This document shows positions 23,603-36,016 of a DNA stretch of 38,963 bases, in pieces. Position 1 is the stretch's first letter. The number at the start of each line of letters is the position of its first letter. Where the stretch lies: NCBI RefSeq assembly GCF_001194135.2, contig NC_068983.1:67666320-67705282 (forward strand). Direction: 5' to 3'. This DNA is from Octopus bimaculoides (lineage: Eukaryota). The notes beneath the pieces are model-generated. The model ran no database searches. It was not told where the DNA came from and saw only the letters and a list, made by a program, of their open reading frames with translations. The position numbers and the translations under genes were made by a program.

Positions 23603-24870
23603 TTGGAGAGAGGAAAGGAAACGAAAGAAAGGCACCTCCCCCAAAAGTCAGGTTTTTATGAGGTTTTTCCATGAGCAGCCTTCGAACGTCTCCACCCTAT
23701 TGAGGATTACACATTGTTGATCTCTTTTATTTTTAATGTCATTAGTCATGTTTACACGCAAAACCCTCACACACATACACATACACATACTCACACACAT
23801 ACTCATACACAAACACATACTCATACTCACGCACATAGTCACACACATACACACATTATTCTGTTTTGTCCTGTGCTGTCCATAATGTTTTTCTTCATGC
23901 AAACCCTCGTGGTTAATAAAAAACTTTATTGTTATTATTATTTTTCGTATGTGTATTTGGTGTGCAAGATTCTTGATGTGAATACGTGTGTTGAAAGAAA
24001 TACTATTAAACCTTGGGAGAGGCATTATGCCGGTAATAAACACACGCACTGATATGAATGAAATTTAACAAACACACATATGGACGNNNNNNNNNNNNNN
24101 NNNNNNNNNNNNNNNNNNNNNNNNNNNNNNNNNNNNNNNNNNNNNNNNNNNNNNNNNNNNNNNNNNNNNNNNNNNNNNNNNNNNNNNNNNNNNNNNNNNN
24201 NNNNNNNNNNNNNNNNNNNNNNNNNNNNNNNNNNNNNNNNNNNNNNNNNNNNNNNNNNNNNNNNNNNNNNNNNNNNNNNNNNNNNNNNNNNNNNNNNNNN
24301 NNNNNNNNNNNNNNNNNNNNNNNNNNNNNNNNNNNNNNNNNNNNNNNNNNNNNNNNNNNNNNNNNNNNNNNNNNNNNNNNNNNNNNNNNNNNNNNNNNNN
24401 NNNNNNNNNNNNNNNNNNNNNNNNNNNNNNNNNNNNNNNNNNNNNNNNNNNNNNNNNNNNNNNNNNNNNNNNNNNNNNNNNNNNNNNNNNNNNNNNNNNN
24501 NNNNNNNNNNNNNNNNNNNNNNNNNNNNNNNNNNNNNNNNNNNNNNNNNNNNNNNNNNNNNNNNNNNNNNNNNNNNNNNNNNNNNNNNNNNNNNNNNNNN
24601 NNNNNNNNNNNNNNNNNNNNNNNNNNNNNNNNNNNNNNNNNNNNNNNNNNNNNNNNNNNNNNNNNNNNNNNNNNNNNNNNNNNNNNNNNNNNNNNNNNNN
24701 NNNNNNNNNNNNNNNNNNNNNNNNNNNNNNNNNNNNNNNNNNNNNNNNNNNNNNNNNNNNNNNNNNNNNNNNNNNNNNNNNNNNNNNNNNNNNNNNNNNN
24801 NNNNNNNNNNNNNNNNNNNNNNNNNNNNNNNNNNNNNNNNNNNNNNNNNNNNNNNNNNNNNNNNNNNNNT

Positions 24871-25075
24871 GACAACTACATCTGGTCTATTTGCCTTAAT
24901 TTCTCTATCTGTGTGTATTGGCATATCCCAGAGTATGGTTGCTTTCTCGTTTTCTGTGACCTTTTCTGGCGTGTGTTTATACCATCTTTTTTCTGTTGCT
25001 ATTCCATAATGTTGGCATAGCTTCCAGTGTATATAGGTCCCAGCTCTGTCGTGTCTGTGAATATATTCCTTCTTC
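24871..25075 (-). mobile_element. R4/Dong-clade fragment C (start of the restriction-like endonuclease region), 5'-truncated next to (TAA)n
   Basis: - strand reads EYIHRHDRAGTYIHWKLCQHYGIATE-WYKHTPEKVTENEKATILWDMPIHTDREIKANRPDVVV (RHD...ILWD...NRPD motif of R4/Dong RLE). It runs into the gap. Confidence 0.88.
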
Positions 25076-25081
25076 TTCTTC

Positions 25082-25129
25082 TTATTATTATTATTATTAT
25101 CATTATTATTATTATTATTATTATTATCA

Positions 25130-25192
<63 letters not shown>
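25082..25192. repeat. (ATT)n microsatellite
   Basis: Directly visible. Confidence 0.95.
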
Positions 25193-25193
<1 letters not shown>

Positions 25194-25677
25194 GCTAAGA
25201 ATGATAACGTAAATAATTATTCCAACAAAATCAAGAAAGAATCAGTAGTCTGAAAAGCTACAAAAATATATATTTGTTGTAAATAAAGTGTGCTGTTAGG
25301 GCAAGATGAACGGAAATATCAAGGAATTATCTAAGAGTGGATAATTTCCCTGATAATATAGAATCTACACTCCCCCACATAAACATACAGTGGAATATAA
25401 ACATAGGGTATGGAATATCAAAGAATCTCAACTATCGAATCACCTAAGGCTATAGCATAGCGGTGTAGATGCAGATCGTCGCTTCTTCATCGGCAATTCT
25501 AAACGAATTCAAAGTGATGCGGTCAGAAAGCAGAGTGCAGAGATGCTCACTGTATAAACAATCCATTATTATCTGAAAGCACTCGAAAGTATATTTACAC
25601 AAATCTCATAATGAATACAGTAATGTTTACCTAATACATATGTGTACATATATGATAATAAGGATATGCGCATGTGT

Positions 25678-25739
<62 letters not shown>

Positions 25740-25961
25740 TATATGTGCATACACAGACAGAGACACATAATCCATATAGAGAAAGAGTTAGAGGGAGAGG
25801 CAGCAAGAAAGAGAGAGAAAGAGTGAGTGAGTGAGTGAGAGACAAATGTGTATGTGTATGTACGAGTGACAGTGTGTATGTATGCACATACATTTGTGCG
25901 CTCGCATACATATAAATTTATGATGAAAGTTCAATAAGCGTCAACAATTTTATATTTCCAG

Positions 25962-26019
25962 GAGCGACAGTCACCTAACACGTCTATTGGTTTATCACCT
26001 GGTTTCAAGAATCTTTAAC
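25962..26019 (+). CDS. Candidate 58-nt coding exon of an unidentified host gene
   Basis: ttttatatttccAG acceptor and GTAAGT donor. Only one frame is open (x-SDSHLTRLLVYHLVSRIFN). It ends in phase 0, compatible with the candidate at 27837. Confidence 0.45.
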
Positions 26020-26143
26020 GTAAGTCAGTTTTTTAAAGCTTTCCAACCAGTTTTCCGGTTCCTTCAATAACAACACTGTTCCTGCAAGGACTGACGTCAC
26101 AAATGAAATTACTCATCATGATACTCATCTATTAAAATTTCTC

Positions 26144-26201
26144 AAGGCGGTGCCCCAGCATGGCAGCAGTCTAATGACTGAAATTAGTAAAAGATAAAAG
26201 A
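26144..26201 (+). mobile_element. SINE 3'-end fragment
   Basis: aaggcggtgccccagcatggc...aatgactgaaa..agtaaaaga matches the 3' end of the SINE at 37243-37302. An antisense remnant of the same tail lies at ~37995-38048. Confidence 0.7.
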
Positions 26202-27836
26202 TATACACAAGTGCGCAAACTTAAATGAGTGCGTGTTTTTGCATATGTGTATATAACAACCAAATGTCCGTCAATTCACACCCTACCTGGATCTAAGTAT
26301 GTTGGTGTAAGACCCTGGTCTATGTGTTCTGCCAATTAACTATCTACAATAATAATACTTGTCGGAGACAATAGAGAGAGCCTCTACGTGGTCTCTCGGC
26401 CTTCTAGAAACAACAGTCACATTGAGCTCTAATCACACCCCAATTATACCGTACCGTCTTAATTCAAGAAAAGACGCATTACGTTTCTTTGGTCATGCCT
26501 ACCCTAAAAATGATAGGAAGCTCACCTTTGACAATCGGATGCAAATTCTACACAAAGAAAACAACAGCAACAACAACAACAACAACAACATTATCACAAG
26601 AATATTTGCACACCTTACAGGTTGCAATCTTCAGAAGTCCAAACTGAACGTCGACTGCATCAACAACACTAATGAATGTGAGTGGGTGGTGTAACTGTTA
26701 TCGATACTGTCCCACCTCCTCTTCTTTTGCCTCCGTCTTTGATTAAATGACAGCAAAAAATATAAACGAAAAAGCATTACAAAATTCTTGATTTATCAAG
26801 AACCGACTCTGAGCAAAAATCACAATGCTAGACTTGATAACTTCGTGTCATCTAAAATATTCTCGGTGGACTGAGTGCGCAATCCGGCTCTATTCTCATT
26901 TACGTCGATACTCCTTCGTAAATGAATAATTATCATGGCTTCCTATCTTCGTTCCTCCTCACATATCTAAAGACCACCGATTATTAAAAAGAAAGAGAGA
27001 GAGAGACAAAGAACGATAGATAAGGGAAAGAAAGAAAGAAAGAAAGAAAGAAGAGCGTGAGATAAAGAAAAAGAAAGTGAGCAAGCAAAAAAAAAAGAAG
27101 AAAACAATCAAGAAATAAAGATTTTCTGCCACTAACATTCGAAAATGATTCGAAATGATTTGAAATTCCATTTGGTTTGTGGTTGATTGGCTAGACGGAC
27201 TGCAGCAACAACAAAAACAACAGCAACGACTTCAACAACAACTGCAACAACTACAGCCAGCAATAAATGTAATACAAACACTAACAACAATAACAAAAAC
27301 AACAAAATATGCAAAACTATCTGTGCACTAATAATATAAAGAACGAAGACAAATAAAAGGAAACAAATGAGTAAACAAATAAATAAATAGAAATGGCTGA
27401 GAATTCCAGCGAAAATTTTACGTAAAACTTTCCTTGATTCTAATCGGTCAGGTTATTAACTGCAATCAGGAAAAATATCGGAAGAAGACCAGTTGTGTTT
27501 ATAACCCTGGGACGCCATGGATAATGACAGAATTGTTGCTATGTCTAATGGAAAGAAATTGTCACAGATGAACCAAAAATGAAAAAAAAGAAAGGACTGG
27601 ACGGTATAAAAAAAAAAGTAGACAGAAGATATAAAGTCTTCTGTGATTATTTGTTCATTTGTTTCTTTGTTTTTGTTTTGTTTTTTTGTTTTTTGCCTGC
27701 ATAAAACCTCAATTTGATAAATGTGATAGTGAAACAGACAAAGAGAGATAGAGAGACAGACAGACAGACAGAGACAGTGTTGGTGTAGCTGAAAGATTGT
27801 CTGATATTTACCTTATCTAATTTTCCATCCCACCAG

Positions 27837-27886
27837 ACCCTATGTCGGCAGGATCCAGTCGTTACCGTTGTAACACAAGCTACACA
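27837..27886 (+). CDS. Candidate 50-nt coding exon of an unidentified host gene
   Basis: Branch-like CTAAT, polypyrimidine tract, cacCAG acceptor and GTAAGT donor. Phase-0 reading is TLCRQDPVVTVVTQAT(Q/H). Confidence 0.5.
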
Positions 27887-27929
27887 GTAAGTACGCACGC
27901 ACACACGCATGTATATGCGCATGCACATA

Positions 27930-28056
<127 letters not shown>

Positions 28057-28164
28057 GTAGGCATAATGTTCTTTTTCGCTCTCTGTCTCCACAACTCTTT
28101 CTCTCTCACTCTCTTTGTCACCATCTCTCTTTCCAGTTCTCTTTCTCTCTTTGTCTCAATCTGC

Positions 28165-28203
<39 letters not shown>

Positions 28204-28429
28204 TCCCTCTCTCTCTTCCTCTCTCTCTCCCTACTCCTTAGTTTAACGAATCAAAAATGGCTACTGAAGAATTTCTTCATATCTGTGAAAATATAGGGAG
28301 ATCAAGCGTAGACAGTCGCCATTTTCTGCGTCTAATGACTGCATTAGCAAGATGTTTAACCAAAACAGCAACAGCAGCAGTAACAACAGCAGGAACTATA
28401 ACAGTAATACCAGTAATAAACCTTTTTAC

Positions 28430-28590
28430 TATAGCCACAAGGCCTGACATTTTGGGTAAAGGGTTCTAATCGATCACAACGACCTTAGTACTTGACTAGT
28501 ATTTCATCGATTCCAAAAGAATGAAAAGCAATGTCGATCTCGGTGGTATTTGAACTCAGAATGTAAAGACGGACCAAATGCCACTAAAGA
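28430..28590 (-). mobile_element. Decayed tRNA-derived SINE
   Basis: - strand TCTGAGTTCAAATACCACCGAGATCGAC (B-box-like), similar to the + strand copy at ~29720-29820. Confidence 0.55.
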
Positions 28591-28818
28591 ACGATAATAG
28601 CACGGCCAAATGAGACACATTCGGCATGGACGCAATCTGAAGTATAAGTATCTACATGGACGCCAGCTAACTCGTCCTGGCAGAAATAGCAGCCAAATCT
28701 CTCATCACATTATACAGTCTTACAAAAAAGTGAATGATTGACACATTGAATAATGTAGTCTAGGATACATTATCTAGGAATAAAAAAGATAGGATACTCA
28801 TTGCTTTTGGTCTGATAA

Positions 28819-28885
<67 letters not shown>

Positions 28886-29547
28886 GAGTGAGAGAGCAGT
28901 GCACGCCATCAAAGTGACACTAGGGTAAAATATACGAAGCCCATTATACCCATCATGACTACCCGTCTAATAAGAGTACACCAGGCACATGCATCACAAC
29001 CATATGTGCGCGACATGGTGATCTGATATCAAGATAAACAGCGCATGACCTCGCAGGTGAGGCCCAGTTAGAATTTTCTTCAGGTCGAGTAGCCCATCCT
29101 GCTCAAAAGGTCCCTGAATAAGGTTTGTTTAAGGATGTTGAGGAAAACACCCATGTTTCCAAAGGNNNNNNNNNNNNNNNNNNNNNNNNNNNNNNNNNNN
29201 NNNNNNNNNNNNNNNNNNNNNNNNNNNNNNNNNNNNNNNNNNNNNNNNNNNNNNNNNNNNNNNNNNNNNNNNNNNNNNNNNNNNNNNNNNNNNNNNNNNN
29301 NNNNNNNNNNNNNNNNNNNNNNNNNNNNNNNNNNNNNNNNNNNNNNNNNNNNNNNNNNNNNNNNNNNNNNNNNNNNACATGCTCAACTGGCTAAGGTCAA
29401 ACAACTGACAAGCAAATCTGTGGTATTAAGCAGAATATTTGCTGTAGCCCATCTTTTATACCAAGACAAAACAATGTACATGATAACACTTCCAATCAAT
29501 TAAGATCAGAAGCCATGAGAGCCACTGCCTGGTACTGCATCAGGTCA
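28886..29547 (-). mobile_element. (AAT)n-tailed non-coding retroposon, copy 2 (internal gap)
   Basis: Same 3' end as copy 1. It extends 16 nt further at the 5' end (gtactgcatcaggtca). (ATT)n on both flanks. Confidence 0.8.
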
Positions 29548-29601
<54 letters not shown>

Positions 29602-29629
29602 CATCATCATCATCATCATTATTATCATT

Positions 29630-29850
29630 AGGATGGTTGGCTGACAAAGTCGTTAGAACGTTGAGAAAGTCGTTAGAACGTTGGAAAATACAATACATTT
29701 TTTGTTCCTGGTCTTTAAATTCTGAGTCAAAATCCTGCTGAGGTCAACTTTGCCATTTATCCCTCCATGGTCGATAAAATAAGGTACTTACTCAAGCACT
29801 GGAAGTCGATGGTATCGGCCGAACCCTTTCTCTAAAATATAATGTGACAT
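29630..29850 (+). mobile_element. Decayed tRNA-derived SINE
   Basis: tctgagtcaaaatcctgctgaggtcaactttgcc...gtcgataaaataaggtac. Contains a 20-bp-period duplication (aaagtcgttagaacgttg x2, 29646-29683). Confidence 0.55.
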
Positions 29851-30599
29851 TGCACCTAAATCAGAAATCATTAATGTTTTGATTTATGTTGTTTGTCGAC
29901 AAACGTTACCGCTTTCACCACCGCTGCGAAAGGCAGCAATTTCAAAAGCAGCATACCAAATAGAAATACCAACAACAGCAGAAATAAAAAAAAAGGACAG
30001 CTTCAAACGTATCCAGTGACATCATCAGAAATAACAACAGCTCAATTACAAGCGAACAAACTCTCGCAGCGAAAAGTAATTCAACCACCACTAACATTAT
30101 CATCAATAGTAGAATGTAACCCCTACCTCCATTCATTCTTCGACTTCTTCATTGCCAAAGACAGCAACAAAGACTAGAGTCAGAGAGCTACAAAAGCTGT
30201 TTTTATTTTCCCCCTGCAATGAGAGTCGCAGAAAGACTTGAGATGCAGAGGGAAACGTTATCCAAAAGAATAGAAGTTAAGTTGCCTTTGCTGTGTCTAA
30301 GATTGTTATTGAATAAAGAAGTTGCAGTCAGTTACCGGTACATTTGTGAGAAGTGTAGGCTTGTGGAAAAACCAATCCAAATGTAGATAAAGGTAGATAA
30401 GATTCTGTGGCCTGTGTTGATGCAAGAACAAATCTTCATCACAGTCGCAGGCAATATGACACGTTTACTATGCTCTCAAAGAGCGAGGCAAAGAAGCAAC
30501 TCATAGCCCATGTTAAGAATTAGGTTGAGGCCACAGATTTGAAAGGGCAGAAGCTGCGCCACTAGCACTTATTAAGGGTGTACATGGAGTTATTGAATC

Positions 30600-31297
30600 A
30601 AATGGATCAGAAGTGGCCTGAAGACATCCAGGATCTGAATGAGCTGGTAAAAGTAACCCAGTTGTTTTTTAGTGGTAGAGGGCATGAGACCAAGCTTCTA
30701 CATTTGTGATACTACAGAAAACCTGATAGCAGACGGCCAAAAATAGAAACATTGCCACTACTACCGTAGTGGCAATGTTTCTGTAACACAATAAAAGTAA
30801 AGACAGCAACAGAATGCAACCTCACTAGCAGCAGCAACAACAACAACATCAATAATGTGAGCAACAGCAACCAAAACATCTGTAAGAACACCAGCTGTAG
30901 CAGCGCAGTAACAACAAAACTACCTGCAGCAACCAAAACAGCTGCAGCAACAAAAACAACCGAATCAACAATATCAGTTGTAATAGAAGCAACAGCACCA
31001 ACAACAGCAATAGGAACCTCCAAGACAAGAACCAAGGGACTTGCAACTAAAACCCAACAAAATGTCTCCCAGGTTTGCATCCCCACCCCAAGCAACGCAC
31101 AAATACAAACATACACAAGCGCAGACATACCTCTCCTTTCCTTCACCTCAGAATTGTCTGATTCAGAGACATTGTCGTGTAATGAGATCAAGTCGAAAAC
31201 CACCAAGGGAGGCCCTCGTAGTGGGGAAAACACAAATAATGTAAGGAAAAGAAGGCCGAAAAACAAACAAAAAAGCAACAATATTAACAGCAAATAG
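30600..31297 (+). pseudogene. Possible decayed LINE ORF1 C-terminal part (degenerate zinc knuckle plus T/A-rich tail)
   Basis: VVEGMRPSFYICDTTENLIADGQK (~30670-30740) resembles a decayed VEGRxPxCxxCxxxxHxxxxC knuckle. It is followed by a low-complexity tail ending NVRKRRPKNKQK. Confidence 0.3.
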
Positions 31298-31929
31298 TTC
31301 AGAAGCTAAATACAAAAATATATAAAAAGAAAACTACAGCAACTTATCTATTGTAGGTTCAAACAAATGTAAGTTGATGGAGTACATATCACAAAGCAAA
31401 GACAAAATATAAACAGAAGGGGAGGATTTTGCGGAACTTACAGCCATAACACTAATAGAGAGACGACAACTATTGAAGAGGTCGGCAGACTTTTATGACA
31501 CCAACAGAATATTTTCCCACGCAGCGTGGGACATTTCGCCAAAACACGAAGGAAAAACCATCTGAATAAGGCATTCAGGGAAACTTAACCCGTTATGAAG
31601 GCTGGATTACACATCCTTCAACAAGACTAAGGTAGGTTGACATTTCTCGCTTTCCCTTTTCTGACCAAATTGGCTGTCCTCAAAGGAAGATGGGAATGTA
31701 TACATATATTAAGTCTCGTGTCGACTTGAATGCAAAGTTACTTAACGAACACAAACCTCAGGTCACTAGATAAAGCTATAGTAACCATCAGATAGACGAC
31801 GATTCCCGCAATCTAATCGCTGGCATCCCATTCAGCAATTGTAATTTGTATATACTTCATTGACGACCTGGTCTGAAGGACAGTGACAGTGTTGTTTTTG
31901 AATGGTTTGGATCTTCATATAAGGAGGAT

Positions 31930-32130
31930 TTACTAAACCTGGAGGTTTAGTCGATGTGATGACCATAACCAGTAGCAGTGAAGGCAGTGCGGCTTTTATA
32001 CTGGTGTCCATCTATACTCCGACAGGAGTAGGTCTGCCACTTTACTCCTGGATTTTTGAAGCCCCTTTGGAAACGTGTACTACAACAAACTAATTGAACT
32101 GCTTTGGACTTACAGCTCCAGATATTCATG
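31930..32130 (+). mobile_element. Possible Tx1-like APE endonuclease remnant
   Basis: GGLVDVMTITSSSEGSAAFILVSIYTPTGVG resembles GRLVxLDV...FRLVAVYAP of L1/Tx1 endonucleases. Confidence 0.4.
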
Positions 32131-32149
32131 AACTATTAACTACTGCAAT

Positions 32150-32669
32150 AAACAACGCGTTTCAGTTCGAAGGGTTCATCTAGTCATTACGTCCACAGAC
32201 TTGACAGAAGTAAATAGACACCACATAAAACGAAATTTGACGTGAAAACAATGAAATATGGCGGGTATTCTGTGATGGTCTGGGGAACAATTTGGAACAA
32301 TGGTCGATCAGAGCTGGTGGAGTGTGAAGGAAACATAAATTCAGATATTGCAGAAAGGACTCCTTCTCCTCTTCTCCAGCGGTGGGGGCTCCGTGTTATG
32401 CGGCTAAGACGACCCAAGATTGGTTGGAAGAGAATAGCATTAAAAAGCGTCCATAGCCAAGCCAGTCACCAGATATGAACCCTATTGAACACATCTGGAG
32501 CATAATGGACAAGACACTTCGTGAAAGGAACAAGAAAGCATCTTCAAAGCAAGATCTTTTGAGATTGCTGCATGAAATTCCTCAAGCAAATATTCTTCAT
32601 CTGGTCAGCACCATGTCTAATAGGGTCCTTGCATTGAAAAATACAAAGGGCGCGTCTACTAAATATTAG
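32150..32669 (+). mobile_element. Tc1-type transposase C-terminal fragment, internally damaged
   Basis: [13 protein letters not shown] (VKHGGGSVMVWG-like); [11 protein letters not shown] (SPDLNPIENLW-like); terminal KGASTKY*. Confidence 0.85.
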
Positions 32670-32817
32670 ACATTCACATTATAATAATCAATAAATAATT
32701 TTAGGTTTAAATGAACTTTAACGATTATAATGCTGTCTATTTACTTCTGTCAGGTCTGTATAAATACACCGGTTAGATCGCAGGGCACTCAACAGCTGTC
32801 ATTCTTGTGTCTTTCCA

Positions 32818-32933
32818 CCAGGTATATGGATGACATCCTGATAAAATTATCTCAAGAGGAATCTAATAAAATATGCAATACGTTCAACAATGTCGATGGA
32901 CATATAAAATTTGAAGTGGAGCACTCCAAAAAC

Positions 32934-32935
<2 letters not shown>
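32818..32935 (+). mobile_element. Penelope-like RT fragment
   Basis: RYMDDILIKLSQEESNKICNTFNNVDGHIKFEVEH matches the RYxDD...LN..H..IKFTxE pattern of Penelope RTs. It is cut by a (TA)n tract. Confidence 0.55.
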
Positions 32936-32983
<48 letters not shown>

Positions 32984-33000
32984 ATGTATGTATGTATATA

Positions 33001-33476
33001 CCGTAAATCCTCGAGTATAGTCCACCCTTGAATATAATACGCAGAAGATTTTTAAGGGGCTGTATCTCTGAAAAACCTAAACCTTGTGTATAATACGCAC
33101 CCCTTCTCTAACCTGAGTCAAGGAGGTCTATATAACGTCCTTGGTTTGTAAACATATATACGGTAACGTCCTCTATTATTATTGTATATATATAACATAA
33201 TGCAAACGTGTAGCTTTTTGTGCACTTTGTTTGCAGAAAATAAAGAAATAACAGTGAAAAATAAATATTAAGTAAATTGCCTTTACATATTTATCACTAT
33301 CAGTTACTAGCCAGACATCACAAAATGCGTCTGAATAAACATTACCGGACAGCAAATAGAGACTCGGACATTGCTTAGAAAATATTTTAAATTTTTAACC
33401 TCGTATATAATACGCACTAGGGATTTTGACCTTTAAATTTAGGGAAAAAATGCGGATTATACTCGAGGATTTACGG
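33001..33476. mobile_element. Tc2/pogo-type MITE inserted in (TA)n
   Basis: TIRs CCGTAAATCCTCGAGTATA(G/A)TCC at 33001-33023 and 33454-33476 (1 mismatch). TA flanks. Internal TATAATACGCA motif three times. 476 bp, non-coding. Confidence 0.88.
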
Positions 33477-33539
33477 TATATATATTTATATATATACTTA
33501 CATTATAGATACATATACATGTATATGCATATGTATATA

Positions 33540-33700
33540 TTTGTATGTATAGAAATAATATGAGTGCGTGTGTGTGCGTGTGTGTGTGTGCGTATGTATG
33601 TATGTACGTATGTATGTATGTATTTATGTATGTACGTATGTATGTATGTATGTATGTACGTAAATGTCTATACATAAACGTACACGCACATACGTATGTA
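33540..33700. repeat. (TG)n/(TGTA)n degenerate microsatellite
   Basis: Directly visible. Confidence 0.9.
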
Positions 33701-33711
33701 TATAGATTTCA

Positions 33712-34087
33712 TTTTAAGTTTATCTCTATAAATTTTCTATAGTATTTAGAGCCTGCACTGCAAGTTATGACGTTTCGTAAACGAATACGTCTATATAAAG
33801 AATGAGATCGAAGTTAGAAAAATAGGTAATGGGTGTATATGCATATTTCAAGAATTATTGCCCCTTCATCAGCACCACATTCAATCGATCAACTATCTGC
33901 GAAGACATTGCTTAAATACTCACTAATTTTAGTGGTGTAATACAAATGGATAGAGCAATTCACATATTAAGCATGTTCCTGGCAACTGGTACTTACATGT
34001 TTACAAAGACGTATCCGTTTACGAAACGGTGTAACTTGCAGTACTGGCACTAAATACAATTGAAAATCTATAGAGATAAACTTAAAA
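33712..34087. repeat. 87-bp ungapped inverted repeat with 202-bp spacer (foldback or long-TIR MITE)
   Basis: 33712-33798 versus the reverse complement of 34001-34087: 75/87 identical, no gaps. Confidence 0.9.
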
Positions 34088-35984
34088 GTGAGAATATCGC
34101 ACTGCTGACACAAGGTAAAGCATAATATTGACTTGTAAACCTGTAATATGCTTGGTTGTGTATTATGGTTGCAAAACGAAAATCTAGCATTTTATATAAT
34201 TTTAGAGAGCCTAGAAGTGCTATATTTTGTATAGTGTGCATGTTTGTAATTTCGAACATTCATTACGGGCTAGCTTTTGTTTTACTTCTTCATTCTCAAG
34301 ACAATTATTATCATAGGGTTTGTTTCTGCTTTCAGTCCTACATACTAGTTATCCTAATTTTAACAGTTTATATAGATATTATGATAATGTTTAGTCGATT
34401 AGCCTTGATAGCCCTGAATGCATGGGTTAGCATACACTAGAGTAACAGTGCTTTTTTATTGTCCGAAATGAGTTTTGGTCCCGGGATGTGTTTATGGCGG
34501 TATTCCTTAAAGCCACCTAAAAAGCCTTTGTGTGAAATCATCAATTCTGTGATACCTAAAGATATATTTCTTTTTTGGAAAAGATCGGGCTGCCGGAGAC
34601 AAAGGACTTCCACAGTTAATATATTATGCTTCAGTTCAAGCTTTTAGTTGTCTCTGGTAAATAGATTTGAACCCCTGCAGCAATCACGCTTTTCAGCTGT
34701 TATCGCGGTTTTCCTTTGCTGAGTTTACGTTTCTAAATTATTTTTCACAATATCTGTAGCTGTTGTTTCACCATTTTCCACACACTCTCGGCCATATCAA
34801 CTTGTTTTGTATTTGCAGGTTTGTTTAAAGACAGAAAACAATATTGCTTCCTTTTTTGTTCGTGGTTTCTAGGTTTTGTGTTAGTTTTTTTTAATTTCCA
34901 TTGCTAAATAATTTCGTAGTTCTATAATGAATATTTCATAATAATTTCCTAGTCGCATAAGGCGCTTATCTGCCTGAATTAGTGGTAAATGTTCTTCATA
35001 CTGCAGCAGTTATAGCAAAACCATGAAACAGTGAAAACACCAACGCGGTTCATACATAGTACAGTCAGTAGCGCGTTTGACGAAATACCATGTAATATAT
35101 AGTAACATTCTTTTATGTTCAAAGTTCAAATTCCAGTTTAATTTCGCCTTTCCTCCTTCTGAGATCGTTGAAATAAATACTAGGGTGGATGTAAACGAAT
35201 TTACCTGACGAAGCAGAGTTTCAGTATAGCCACAACAATTGCTATTTCCCTTACTTTACTGGAGAACAATAATGAAAGAATAAATTAACAAAAAGAATAG
35301 CAATAAAGACCCGAAAACTAGTAATGAGAAGAAAAGCAGCAGCAACTGCAGAATAGGTATCAACAACAACAACAATGGTGACAACAGCAACGAAAAGAAA
35401 GAAAAAAAAACTACAGTGGCAACAACAATGACTGCATCCGGGAAAACAACAACAACAACAGTATTGAAATGGAGTATTAACAACGTGTTAAGATTTGTGT
35501 ATTTGAGAAAATATTTATGTTGGCATATTACAGTTTAGATCTAATAGGAATATATATATATATATATATATATATGCAAAATAATTACATGCATAAACAT
35601 ACATACATACATACATACATACATACATACATACAGTTCAAACTGCCTGTATATAGTATTTCTGCTGTCTGATATATATANNNNNNNNNNNNNNNNNNNN
35701 NNNNNNNNNNNNNNNNNNNNNNNNNNNNNNNNNNNNNNNNNNNNNNNNNNNNNNNNNNNNNNNNNNNNNNNNNNNNNNNNNNNNNNNNNNNNNNNNNNNN
35801 NNNNNNNNNNNNNNNNNNNNNNNNNNNNNNNNNNNNNNNNNNNNNNNNNNNNNNNNNNNNNNNNNNNNNNNNNNNNNNNNNNNNNNNNNNNNNNNNNNNN
35901 NNNNNNNNNNNNNNNNNNNNNNNNNNNNNNNNNNNNNNNNNNNNNNNNNNNNNNNNNNNNNNNNNNNNNNNNNNNNNNNNNNNN

Positions 35985-36016
<32 letters not shown>

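Noticed and set aside
34450-35000. Possible pogo/CENP-B-type transposase remnant on the - strand (SHKGFLGGFKEYRH, ASxGWLxxFKxRH-like)
   Set aside because: Only one weak motif among many stops, and no TIRs found. Too little to call.
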